In this document: positions 29,399-38,941 of the stretch, one piece after another
Position numbering within the stretch: position 1 is the first letter of the stretch
Layout of the letters: the number at the start of each line of letters is the position of its first letter
DNA from: a virus
IMG/VR virus record: IMGVR_UViG_3300025383_000010
Length of the DNA: 64,000 bases
Strand: one strand, 5' to 3'
Translations under genes and position numbers: made by a program
The notes under the pieces: generated by a model
What the model was told of the DNA's origin: nothing
The model's database searches: none
What the model saw: only the letters and a program-made list of their open reading frames with translations

Positions 29399-32300
29399 AT
29401 GCAGATTGCACCGGGCGTAGTATTAGGATCGGGAATGGTTTTGGGAGTCGGTTCGGCTCCAACAGGTAACATGATATTGCAATATGTCATGGGCAACAGT
29501 GCGAGCTTCAACGGTCAGGGCATTGATTTGCAGCACAATGACTTTCTTAATAGCCCGCCGCCAGCAAATACTAATCTAATCTTTGATACATCAGCAGATT
29601 ATGCTAACGGTGCATATGGTAATACCGGAGTCTATGTTACTAACGAAGGCAGTGGCAATATAACAGGTAGTGACTTCGTTAATCACGGTTCACTAAGTTA
29701 TGTAACATTTGATGGTGGTTTAAATAATCAATATCTTGATAGCGAGACTATCAACGGATATAACATTCCAGCTGGTAGTAGCTACACTATCTTTGCTGTA
29801 GTCCGAATGAAAGGTTTTGATCCAGGTAGCGGTAACGGCGGCGGCATCGTCGGTGGCGACCACATGTATTTTGAGTTTGTCCCTCAAAACATTTTCGGAA
29901 ATTATCCCTTCTTGTGTGCAAATAATACTAACGACTTTCCAGTAGTTCTTGATAATACTACGCCGTATCAGTATAATACCTGGTATGCAGTAGCACTTAC
30001 ATATGACAGTGTTAGCCAAACTATGAAGTTGTATACTAACGGCCAATTAGTAAGTTCAGCAACAGGCGTAGCTCCAATTGGAAGTAACGAACCATTATAT
30101 TGGGGTACAATAGGAGGCAACAACTATTTGAATGGTGATCTTGCAGTGATGACGGTGTGGGATTATGCACTGAGTGCCGGCGAAATTACTAGCTACACAA
30201 ATCAATATGGTAATCCATATGGTGTTAACTCTAAGCGTCAAGACAATGACATGCCTGTTCAGTCATACAGTCAATTGTTCTCTGTACCGGGTGAGTATAC
30301 TTTCCAAGTTCCACAAGGTGTAAGTAGTGTCAGCATGGTAGCTGTTGGTGCCGGTGGCGGCGGTACTTGGGGTGGTTTCAGCCCTCCAGGTGGTGATAGT
30401 TATGTTTACTCTCAGTGGGCACATTTCAATATAGACATGACTACAAATGCCGGTTATAGTGATGCACCGTTCATAACATTTGATTGCACCGGCGGTAACA
30501 ATGCTGCACTATTAGGCAATGTTGCTCCGGGTTGGTTGATCACGAGTGCAGACTTTAACAATGACTATCCCAACAAGGCATTGATTCAAGGTAATGTTTA
30601 TGGTATGGTTACTGCGGTAGACAGCACTGATACAGCAAATGTGGTATTAACTATCTCTCCTACGGTGACATCAACAAACGGCGGCACATATCATTTCTTA
30701 GGTCAAACTATCGTAGGCGCACAAGGTGCTCCACAAATCACCGATAGTAGATATTATACAAATCAAGATGGCACTCCGGGGCCACGTGCATTACCATTAT
30801 GGGGAGATAGCGGCGGTAAGGGCGGCGTAGTAGATGCGTTGGATTCCTGGCCAATCGGCGGCGCTGGTGCTGGTGGCTATGGTACTAACGATGTTGTGGT
30901 AGCATTTGATCCTACGCAAACATTTGTTTATGATAGCAATGGAAATACCAATACAGGTGAGGCAAATATTGTATTGGGTTTATCTGATTATAATTTATCC
31001 GTTGAAGCAACTGCAAACAATGCAAGTTATCCTGGTATTGCAACAGGTACATATGAAATAGATACCGGTCAGAAGGTAATGTTCAGTTTAACTATGACTA
31101 CTGCGGCGCCATCAGGCAACCAAGGTATTGGTTTTGGTAACTATGGCGCTAATCTACAAAGCTATGTAGGTAGTGATGTTAATGGTGGTGCATTCTACAA
31201 TGATGGAAGTTTTGTTACAAACGGTGCCCAAGCCTATACAGGATATCCTACATTTACAACAGGTGACGTAGTTGATATTGCTATTGACAACTCTAATGTT
31301 TTAAACCAATTGACATGGGTTAGAGTCAACGGCGGTGATTGGATGGGCGATCCTGGTGCCGATCCTTCAACAGATACGAATGGTGTACCATTTACAATAT
31401 CAGTTCCATTGTACTTAATGACTACACAAGGTGATCAGAATGGCATTGGTAAATGGACTATCAATGAAAGCAACGCACATCCAATACCAAGCGGATACAC
31501 TTTCATTGCTGGTTCACCTAACGTAGGATCAAATGGTGGTACTGGCGCAAGTGAGGCTCTTCCAACTAATACTGACGGACAAGGTGATGGTAATATCGGT
31601 GGATCCGGCGCTGGTGGCGGTGGCATTTATGATGATATCGGATCTGGTGGTGGTGGCGTTGGTTTGTATGGCGTTGGCAACCCGGGCACACGCGGCGGCT
31701 GGGTAGATAACGATACTTACAGTGGCAACAGTCCTTATTCAGAGTGGCAAGCACAGGCAGTAGGCGGCAGAGGCGGCTCTCGTAGAGGTAACTCGGGAAC
31801 ACAAGGTGGTATGGCTAGCTCATGGGCTGGTGGTGCTGGTGGCTGGCCAGGCGGTGGTGGCGGTAGCGGCACAAGTCTATGGGACGGTGGTAACGGTGGC
31901 GCACTGGCATATAAGAACAATGTCAGTGTAAATCCAGGCAGCCCGGGTAATGCGGGACAGCAGCTACAAGTTATCGTAGGTCAAGGCGGCTGGGGCGGCG
32001 GTGTCAGCAATGTTACATACTATACAGGAGGTGTCGGCGGCGGTGGCGCAGTTCGTATTATGTGGCCTGGCGATACAAGAGCATTCCCTGCGTTTAACGC
32101 AGGAATTGATCCACTTGTGACTTCATTCACTATCAACCCTGGTGATTTTGGGAGCGGCGGCCCGTACAACTCAATCTCGCAGAGCAGTGGTACTATTGGG
32201 AATAATTATACACAAATCTATCCTACAAGCGAACAAGTGGCACAAAATGTTTTTGCGTTCTTTAGGTCAATAGGTGTGTATACACAGAATCCAGAAAACA

Positions 32301-32581
32301 ACAATGCACCATATGATGTAAATAACTTCAATGCATACATCTTTGATGTGACTTGGGGAGATGGTAGCACGATACCAAATGGTTTAGTAAGAATGAGTTA
32401 TAGCGCAACATATGGTTCACTTTTTATCAGTACGGTAGATCCAACTAATACAGCATACGAAACTGCAAATCCTTCTAATGTTGATCCCGGTGGTACTACT
32501 GTTCCGGGTACATTTAACTTCCCAGCAACATTCACATTACGCACTCCGACAATTCAATCAGGCGGACTATATTGGTGCTAA
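29399..32581 (+). CDS. Large adhesin-like virion protein (LamG, Gly-rich and SPRY-like regions)
   Basis: LamG motifs (WY.VALTYD, LYTNG); VGAGGGG...GGGGAVRI.W glycine-rich domain. Confidence 0.7.
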   Translation: MQIAPGVVLGSGMVLGVGSAPTGNMILQYVMGNSASFNGQGIDLQHNDFLNSPPPANTNLIFDTSADYANGAYGNTGVYVTNEGSGNITGSDFVNHGSLSYVTFDGGLNNQYLDSETINGYNIPAGSSYTIFAVVRMKGFDPGSGNGGGIVGGDHMYFEFVPQNIFGNYPFLCANNTNDFPVVLDNTTPYQYNTWYAVALTYDSVSQTMKLYTNGQLVSSATGVAPIGSNEPLYWGTIGGNNYLNGDLAVMTVWDYALSAGEITSYTNQYGNPYGVNSKRQDNDMPVQSYSQLFSVPGEYTFQVPQGVSSVSMVAVGAGGGGTWGGFSPPGGDSYVYSQWAHFNIDMTTNAGYSDAPFITFDCTGGNNAALLGNVAPGWLITSADFNNDYPNKALIQGNVYGMVTAVDSTDTANVVLTISPTVTSTNGGTYHFLGQTIVGAQGAPQITDSRYYTNQDGTPGPRALPLWGDSGGKGGVVDALDSWPIGGAGAGGYGTNDVVVAFDPTQTFVYDSNGNTNTGEANIVLGLSDYNLSVEATANNASYPGIATGTYEIDTGQKVMFSLTMTTAAPSGNQGIGFGNYGANLQSYVGSDVNGGAFYNDGSFVTNGAQAYTGYPTFTTGDVVDIAIDNSNVLNQLTWVRVNGGDWMGDPGADPSTDTNGVPFTISVPLYLMTTQGDQNGIGKWTINESNAHPIPSGYTFIAGSPNVGSNGGTGASEALPTNTDGQGDGNIGGSGAGGGGIYDDIGSGGGGVGLYGVGNPGTRGGWVDNDTYSGNSPYSEWQAQAVGGRGGSRRGNSGTQGGMASSWAGGAGGWPGGGGGSGTSLWDGGNGGALAYKNNVSVNPGSPGNAGQQLQVIVGQGGWGGGVSNVTYYTGGVGGGGAVRIMWPGDTRAFPAFNAGIDPLVTSFTINPGDFGSGGPYNSISQSSGTIGNNYTQIYPTSEQVAQNVFAFFRSIGVYTQNPENNNAPYDVNNFNAYIFDVTWGDGSTIPNGLVRMSYSATYGSLFISTVDPTNTAYETANPSNVDPGGTTVPGTFNFPATFTLRTPTIQSGGLYWC

Positions 32582-32596
32582 ATAAAGGACAATATC

Positions 32597-32767
32597 ATGA
32601 CATTTCATCTTAACACCCCTGAGGCACAAGCTGCTAGAGAACAGTTCAAGCAAAACGCTGCTGCTAAACAAGAAGCAATCAAGAGTGCCCCTAGATTGTC
32701 AGCACCAACTAAGCCTGAAGAGCCAGCAAGACCAGAACGAGTTCCTTTTAAAGGAGCAGGTAAATGA
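32597..32767 (+). CDS. Small hypothetical protein (56 aa)
   Basis: Hand-read MTFHLNTPEA...FKGAGK*, AAGGA RBS. Confidence 0.6.
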   Translation: MTFHLNTPEAQAAREQFKQNAAAKQEAIKSAPRLSAPTKPEEPARPERVPFKGAGK

Positions 32768-33705
32768 GCGGATTAACAATCACAGGCACTGGCATAACAC
32801 TTGGATCAGGTATTAGTATACATATGCCTCCTGTATTAATGTTGAATCTTGACGCTGCAACTTACAGTGTTGTTACTACTTCAGCCTCACAGAATATTAA
32901 CGGTTCTAATAGTGATACCGGTAATTTCTTTAGACCTAATGATTCAAGATATGCAGATATTACCATAGGATGGACTGTAGTTGGAAATCCTACATGGGTA
33001 GTAACCGCGGTTTCGTGCAATCCAAGTGATCAATATAGTACTATAGTAACTATTAGCAATGGTGTATTCCTTTCAGGTCAGTCTTACGCATTCACTAGCG
33101 AAGTGTCTTGGATTGACTCTATCTCTGATCGTGCGTTCATATTACAAAACGGTGTTACATATGACAACATTGACGGTGGTAGTTTAGTCTTTGATGCAGC
33201 TTCAAGTCAATCTGCAATTTGTACTTCTAGCCTACCTAATCTAAGTACATGGGCAGTTGAAGTTTGGCACTATTACACGGGTAACAATACACCAGGATCA
33301 CCTGAAATCGTAACAGAGACCTATACAGGGGATAGCGGAATCAACTATACCTTAGGTTCTATCTCTAATACTACAACCGGATTATCAACCGGGTGGTGGA
33401 ATGGAGGTCAATGGATTTATACTAACCCTGATTATAGTCTAACACCTGATAACTGGTATCAAATTGTAGGTACATATGATGGTTACAATGTTAATTTGTA
33501 TGTCAATAATACATTAGTAGAATCATCATCTATCGCTGCGGGTAATGCATATGGCAGTGGACAAGGCATTAGATTGATGGAAAGATGGGACAATGCCGAG
33601 TACTGGGACGGTAAATTAGGTATTGTCAATATCTATGATGGATATATGAATGCAGACGATGTAACTGCTAGCTGGAATGCTAATAGAACAAGATTCGGGC
33701 TTTAA
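32764..33705 (+). CDS. LamG-domain virion protein
   Basis: LNLDA, WYQIVGTYDG..LYVN, C-terminal RFGL. Confidence 0.75.
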   Translation: MSGLTITGTGITLGSGISIHMPPVLMLNLDAATYSVVTTSASQNINGSNSDTGNFFRPNDSRYADITIGWTVVGNPTWVVTAVSCNPSDQYSTIVTISNGVFLSGQSYAFTSEVSWIDSISDRAFILQNGVTYDNIDGGSLVFDAASSQSAICTSSLPNLSTWAVEVWHYYTGNNTPGSPEIVTETYTGDSGINYTLGSISNTTTGLSTGWWNGGQWIYTNPDYSLTPDNWYQIVGTYDGYNVNLYVNNTLVESSSIAAGNAYGSGQGIRLMERWDNAEYWDGKLGIVNIYDGYMNADDVTASWNANRTRFGL

Positions 33706-33715
33706 GGAATAAACG

Positions 33716-34231
33716 ATGAGCGTATCAGGAATACAATTAGGAGCAGGGATTAGCGTCGGCGGTGGCATCAACATTGGTGCTACGAGACCTTTATTCGTAT
33801 TAACTTCAGCAGACATTAGTAGTGTTGGCTTTGGTACAGGTTGTGAGGGCGATAATACAGGGTTTAGTATCGGCGGCGACTTCAACTCTACCGGAGCATG
33901 TTACAATCCTACTCTAACTGGTCCAAAGGCTGCTGAGTTAGTAAACTTTTTTAACAATAATAGTTTATCAATCGGTAGCAATAGTTACTTGTTTGATGTA
34001 CAATGGGCCCCGGGAAGTAGCACTAATACTACACGCAATGTAATGGTCATAATGAATGAGACTAGCTTTTTAGCTATGGGCACAGTTGATACTAATGTTA
34101 CTGGCTGGGATACTCCAGGACAGGATCCACGATTTTCACCTACTATGAAGGCAGCAAATGGAACATTTCTGTTTCCAGCAACATTCACATTAATTCAACC
34201 TCCTATCGTTGATCAAGTTAATTGGTGCTAA
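33716..34231 (+). CDS. Virion protein sharing its C-terminal domain with 29399-32581
   Basis: GTFLFPATFTL...WC. Confidence 0.7.
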   Translation: MSVSGIQLGAGISVGGGINIGATRPLFVLTSADISSVGFGTGCEGDNTGFSIGGDFNSTGACYNPTLTGPKAAELVNFFNNNSLSIGSNSYLFDVQWAPGSSTNTTRNVMVIMNETSFLAMGTVDTNVTGWDTPGQDPRFSPTMKAANGTFLFPATFTLIQPPIVDQVNWC

Positions 34232-34903
34232 ATGATCGTACATCGTCCCGCTAATAGTAGGGGCCATATTACTGCGCCCTTCATGGATACAAGAAGAACT
34301 TTCAGTTTCCCTAGTTACTATGATAGTCGTTATATGAACTTTAGCGACTTACAAACTATCAATGATGATCGGGTTCAGTATGCATGGCAAGTTCCCTGGC
34401 ACGAACACAAGAACATGGAAATTTTCGGCTATGTAGTTGAGGGTTCAAGTCATCATGTAGACAGCTTGGGTAATGATATAGAAGTTCCAGCTGGTGCTGT
34501 CCAACGCATGAGTGCAGGTAGTGGTATACATCACACTGAAGGTAATACCAGTGACACCCCAAATCGTTATCTGCAAATATGGATCAGACCAAATGTATTT
34601 GATACTCAACCAACACATGAATGGTGCATGTTTTCTAGGCGAGATAAGCTAAATAAGTTCTGTAATATAACAGAAAGATTACCAGTTAAGCAAGATGCAA
34701 GATTACTAGCTGGAATATTCACACAAGACTTTAGCTTTGACTTAGACAGTAATAGAAAATACTACTTGTATGTAGTGACTGGTACTATAACTGTTAACGG
34801 TTTAGAGTTAGTTGAGGGCGATGGACTAAGTTTTATTGAAGAATCTAATATCAACATAACTAATCCAGAAGAATCGGAAATTATTCTTTTTGATCTACGA
34901 TAA
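34232..34903 (+). CDS. Pirin family protein (YhhW-like)
   Basis: RTFSF..YYD, INDD, H.H.NMEI, H.DSLGN, QRMSAGSGIHH.E.N, LQIW. Confidence 0.9.
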   Translation: MIVHRPANSRGHITAPFMDTRRTFSFPSYYDSRYMNFSDLQTINDDRVQYAWQVPWHEHKNMEIFGYVVEGSSHHVDSLGNDIEVPAGAVQRMSAGSGIHHTEGNTSDTPNRYLQIWIRPNVFDTQPTHEWCMFSRRDKLNKFCNITERLPVKQDARLLAGIFTQDFSFDLDSNRKYYLYVVTGTITVNGLELVEGDGLSFIEESNINITNPEESEIILFDLR

Positions 34904-34914
34904 GGAAAACAACA

Positions 34915-35760
34915 ATGAGAGATCCACGCACAGTTATTGATGTTACACAAGATCCTGGTCTAAGCCATAAGCCCATAGTTGCTACTGCTTTTAAATCTGA
35001 TTTTAGTATTCCTAAATATCACTGGGTAGCTGACAAGCCTGACTCACGAGACTATATCTATCAACCAGTAACTCTATCTACTACTCCATCAACTGTTGAT
35101 CTTAGAACATTGTATCCTACTCCAGTTGAAGATCAGGGTAATCTAGGAAGCTGCACAGGTAATGCTATTGCAGAAGCGATAGAAATTATTGACAAGAAGA
35201 ACGGTAAGAACACCGAAGTCAGTAGATTATTCATCTACTACTATGAAAGATTATTAGAGGGCACGGTTAACTATGATAGCGGTGCATATATTAGAGACGG
35301 CATCAGAGCTTGCTACACTTATGGTGCACCGTTAGAAACTCTATGGCCTTACAATATAAATAAGTTTAGAACAGCTCCTAGTAGTGCTGCTGTGTCTGAT
35401 GCTGCTAGACGTAAGGTTACACTGTACGAACGTGCTACCGACTTCAATGCATGTATCAATGCGCTTGCAAATGGATATCCTGTTGTTATCGGATTCACTG
35501 TTTACAGCAGTTTTGAGAGTGGCAATTGGTGGCATACTACTGCTAACATGCCCTACCCCAACACACGCTCAGAGAGCGTCCTAGGAGGCCACGCAGTGCT
35601 TCTAGTTGGATACAACAATAGTACCCAGCGTTTCATCGTCAAGAATAGCTGGGGAACGAACTGGGGCGATCACGGGTACTTCTATATGCCATATCAGGTT
35701 ATTCAGAACACTAGCATGAGTAGTGACTTCTGGGTCATCAAATCAGTAAACAACCCATAA
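34915..35760 (+). CDS. Papain-like cysteine peptidase (C1)
   Basis: DQGNLGSCTGNA, GGHAV, KNSWG..WG..GYF. Confidence 0.9.
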   Translation: MRDPRTVIDVTQDPGLSHKPIVATAFKSDFSIPKYHWVADKPDSRDYIYQPVTLSTTPSTVDLRTLYPTPVEDQGNLGSCTGNAIAEAIEIIDKKNGKNTEVSRLFIYYYERLLEGTVNYDSGAYIRDGIRACYTYGAPLETLWPYNINKFRTAPSSAAVSDAARRKVTLYERATDFNACINALANGYPVVIGFTVYSSFESGNWWHTTANMPYPNTRSESVLGGHAVLLVGYNNSTQRFIVKNSWGTNWGDHGYFYMPYQVIQNTSMSSDFWVIKSVNNP

Positions 35761-35786
35761 AAAAGCCCCCGATTAAGGGGGCTTTT
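35761..35786. terminator. Bidirectional intrinsic terminator between convergent blocks
   Basis: AAAAGCCCCC-GATTAA-GGGGGCTTTT. Confidence 0.85.
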
Positions 35787-35788
35787 CA

Positions 35789-35995
35789 TTAATTGTCCTT
35801 GGGAAGCGAATCTACTTCTTCAAGAATGATTCGAACTTCTGCTAGATCACGACAGACCAACTTGACATTTGACCAATCGTCATTACTGTCTCGTCCACTG
35901 ACTTCTACCATATAAGCATTGTCATAGAAGTAAACATTGACCTGTTCGGAAACCTTCTTTAGCTTATCACTGACCTTTGTGATACCCTTAGCCAT
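35789..35995 (-). CDS. Hypothetical protein
   Basis: ORF track. Confidence 0.7.
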   Translation of the reverse strand: MAKGITKVSDKLKKVSEQVNVYFYDNAYMVEVSGRDSNDDWSNVKLVCRDLAEVRIILEEVDSLPKDN

Positions 35996-36350
35996 TGACA
36001 GCCCCTAGAATATCGTCAACGGAAACATCCTTGCGAGGACGATTCTTGATAGCATCAAGCGAAGGCTTAGCCTTGACCTTCACTTCACCCTTGCGAGATT
36101 CCTTGATCTTGTCTTCAAGAGTGTCCTGAATCGTTGCCTGATCATCTTCGGACTGAAACTCCTTACAAGTAAGCATATACTCAAGAGCTTCAATCTTAGT
36201 CATTGCATTGGGCAGTTCAATAAAGTCAATGCGAGTAGCGCCACCCTTACTAAACTGCTTGACACGGCGAACCAAGTCATCAGTGAAACGAACCTTGACA
36301 CTACTATTGTGATCAGTGATACCGACTACGGTAAAAGTTTGTGCAGTCAT
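35988..36350 (-). CDS. Hypothetical protein
   Basis: ORF track with RBS. Confidence 0.75.
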   Translation of the reverse strand: MTAQTFTVVGITDHNSSVKVRFTDDLVRRVKQFSKGGATRIDFIELPNAMTKIEALEYMLTCKEFQSEDDQATIQDTLEDKIKESRKGEVKVKAKPSLDAIKNRPRKDVSVDDILGAVNG

Positions 36351-36433
36351 AGTTATTACTCCAGTTTCTGTTATAGTTTATAGTTAACACAAAGGGTGCC
36401 CAAAGTCAACAACTTTGGGCACCCATATTTTCA

Positions 36434-36592
36434 TTACGCGGGAAATGCGCTCTCAGAAATCAGCAAGCGACCATAAAGAGCCTTTGCAATCTGAATAGCT
36501 TCATACGAATTCGCAGCATTTACATACTGCCGGGCAACTGCGGCGCCCGCTTCGTCCTTAAGACGGACCTGAACAAACCACTGACGAGTCAT
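36434..36592 (-). CDS. Small hypothetical protein (52 aa)
   Basis: Hand-read MTRQWFVQV...SAFPA*, AAGGAG RBS. Confidence 0.6.
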   Translation of the reverse strand: MTRQWFVQVRLKDEAGAAVARQYVNAANSYEAIQIAKALYGRLLISESAFPA

Positions 36593-36603
36593 ATTAATTC
36601 TCC

Positions 36604-36972
36604 TTACTTAGTTACGATGTAGGGCTTATTCCAATTGCCCACGTTGATGTCAATGTAATGGCTGACATGAAAATAGTCAGTCATGGCATCCGAGTTATCA
36701 AAGAACTTCGGACCCTTCATCGCAGCAATGACTTCTGCGAGAAACTTCTTAGCCTTACCGGTGTAGTGTTCGTGCGCCCAGTAAGTGTTGACCTGATAGT
36801 TATAGTTGTCAGAGGTCGAATCCTTAGCGAAGTCGATCTTGCCAGACTTGATGTTGAGAACGAGAGTAGAGTGATGACGAACCGCCAGCGAACCCTTGAT
36901 GCCATACTTCTTGCAGATAGCCTTGATCGCGGGGGCCAGTTCCTGCTTGTGCTGCTGCGACATATAAGCCAT
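36604..36972 (-). CDS. Hypothetical early protein
   Basis: FDNSDAMTDYFH motif; early promoter upstream. Confidence 0.75.
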   Translation of the reverse strand: MAYMSQQHKQELAPAIKAICKKYGIKGSLAVRHHSTLVLNIKSGKIDFAKDSTSDNYNYQVNTYWAHEHYTGKAKKFLAEVIAAMKGPKFFDNSDAMTDYFHVSHYIDINVGNWNKPYIVTK

Positions 36973-37040
36973 TTCGTATCTCCGTTTTCTCAGTCTATAA
37001 TTAACTATATACCCGTTTTATGGGTAAGTCAACCAAAAAA

Positions 37041-37184
37041 TCACCGGGCCCAAAAATCGTCAATATCAACAACCAACTTCTGTCCAGCCTGATTCTTGAT
37101 CATAGCCTTGAAAGGACCGACGTACTTTACGAACGTGCCGGGTTCTTCATTCATCGTTTCAATGTTGAGAAAAATGATAGCCAT
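37041..37184 (-). CDS. 47-aa early protein, copy 1
   Basis: MAIIFLNIETMNEEPGTFVKY...VDIDDFWAR; paralog at 63162-63305. Confidence 0.75.
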   Translation of the reverse strand: MAIIFLNIETMNEEPGTFVKYVGPFKAMIKNQAGQKLVVDIDDFWAR

Positions 37185-37430
37185 TTTAGAAACCCTTTCT
37201 TCGCTCTTGATATACTCTTATAACAAGTTTGGGTAAACTTGTCAACCAAAAAATGACCTTTTTACAAATTAATTTTTGCGATCTTTCGGATTTCCTGACG
37301 ATCTTGCATCAAAAGGTCAATGATATGACCAATACCATCACATGCTTCCTGATGCTTACCTTCCTTACGGAGTTTGTAGGCAGCAAGGCAGATATTAGCG
37401 AAACCATCTTCAAAAAGCTGATTAGGATCC

Positions 37431-37613
37431 TTAGGCATTGTAATACTTCCAACCACTGATAGGAGAAAACGAAGCAATGAGTGCCCCATTAAGCAGCACA
37501 ATAGCTTCAAAGCCAGCCTTCTTCACTGCATCCATAGCATCGTGAAGCGACTTACCGAGGTAAATATCATTGCCAAAGTTGACAAGAATAGCTTGATAGA
37601 GTTCAGGAAGCAT
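37431..37613 (-). CDS. Hypothetical protein
   Basis: ORF; GGAGATACTGAAATG leader. Confidence 0.7.
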   Translation of the reverse strand: MLPELYQAILVNFGNDIYLGKSLHDAMDAVKKAGFEAIVLLNGALIASFSPISGWKYYNA

Positions 37614-37627
37614 TTCAGTATCTCCTA

Positions 37628-37825
37628 TTACGAAGGACGAACGCCGATACAGGCTTCGTCTCCGACAAAACTAACAGCATAGCGAATAGAAGTCATGCCG
37701 GTTTCATCATCGGTGAAATGAACATCGTCACACACTCGGTGTGCGGTGTAGCCCTGAGTGGAAAGCTGACGAATGAACTTTTCAGCTTCATCAACAGTGG
37801 TCCTGATTTGAATCATATACTTCAT
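37628..37825 (-). CDS. Hypothetical protein
   Basis: ORF; early promoter near 37852-37880. Confidence 0.7.
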   Translation of the reverse strand: MKYMIQIRTTVDEAEKFIRQLSTQGYTAHRVCDDVHFTDDETGMTSIRYAVSFVGDEACIGVRPS

Positions 37826-37942
37826 TTCAGTATCTCCTTGCTATACATTCGTTATAACAAAATGGGTACCCATTGTCAACCTTTTTTATCCAAAAAGGTA
37901 CCGACAGACTAAAATAATCTGCCGGTACCAAATTAGTTTAGA

Positions 37943-38875
37943 TTACTCGCTATCGGAAGCAAGCTGTTCCTTAGCAGCTTCAACAGCAGCAGCACGCGCA
38001 GCCTTGATGAAGTTAGCAAGTTCCTTTTCAGCGATCACGCTGGCTTCGGCTTCTGCCTTAGCCTGCACCGCCTTCTCAAAGGCTTCGTCAGCCTTATCCT
38101 TGTCGATTTCATCAACGATTTCGTAGCGGCAAGCACGGCCCTTAGAGTCATTGTAATCATTCGGGATGCTGACAACATCACGCGGATTGATCTTGAGAAC
38201 GATGATACGATCACCGCCGAAGTGATTGAGATAATCCTTCGAACAGAAGTGCAGACCGACCGAGCAAGTACGGTTTTGATCATCGTCAACCATGTTACGA
38301 TCCATAGAAACAACCGTCACACCATCAACCACATCAACAGTAACTTCGTTATTCTTACCAGCAGCTTCGACCAGAACAGCCTTATCAGCGTCAGTCATAT
38401 AGACAGCCGGCTTGTTCAGCACAGTACCCGAATGACAGTCCATGTAGTCGCCGCGGACCTTCTTGTAAGCGAGGAAGCAACCATCGGGAGTGATCGGAAG
38501 AGTGTTCTTTTCGAGGAAACCATAGAGTTCAGTGACAGCCCGCTTGCTCGGATTCTCCATGAGATTTTCCATGAAAGCAACGAGCGGCTCGACCGGGAAG
38601 TCTTCCTGAATCATAGCAACCATGCGCTTGGTGAGCGCATTGTGCATTTCGCGGCCCTTCCAGAAAATCTTGTCGCCTTCAATCTCAATGTTGCCCTGAC
38701 CGAAGTTGATCACAGCCTTCTTCGGCTCAATGATGTCCTGAACAGTTTCCCAATCATTGGACTTGATAGCGTTGAGCAGCTTATTGTATGCAATATGGCT
38801 CTTAGTCACAGTATGCGGCGTAGTGCCGATAACAACAGTGATATTCGAACCCTGGATGATGTACGGAAACGACAT
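37943..38875 (-). CDS. rIIB: rIIB-like protein
   Basis: LPITPDG.FLAYKKV, CS.GLH.CS..Y, V.NPRDVVSIP.DY...K.R.C.Y; follows rIIA. Confidence 0.9.
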   Translation of the reverse strand: MSFPYIIQGSNITVVIGTTPHTVTKSHIAYNKLLNAIKSNDWETVQDIIEPKKAVINFGQGNIEIEGDKIFWKGREMHNALTKRMVAMIQEDFPVEPLVAFMENLMENPSKRAVTELYGFLEKNTLPITPDGCFLAYKKVRGDYMDCHSGTVLNKPAVYMTDADKAVLVEAAGKNNEVTVDVVDGVTVVSMDRNMVDDDQNRTCSVGLHFCSKDYLNHFGGDRIIVLKINPRDVVSIPNDYNDSKGRACRYEIVDEIDKDKADEAFEKAVQAKAEAEASVIAEKELANFIKAARAAAVEAAKEQLASDSE

Positions 38876-38941
38876 ATTAAATTACCTTCTATTACGAGTT
38901 GAGAACTAAGTTATAACACATTAAGTTTGATTTGTCAAGAA

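Noticed and set aside
22919-34231. Diversity-generating retroelement acting on fibre genes
   Set aside because: No reverse transcriptase and no adenine-specific template/variable repeat pair seen.
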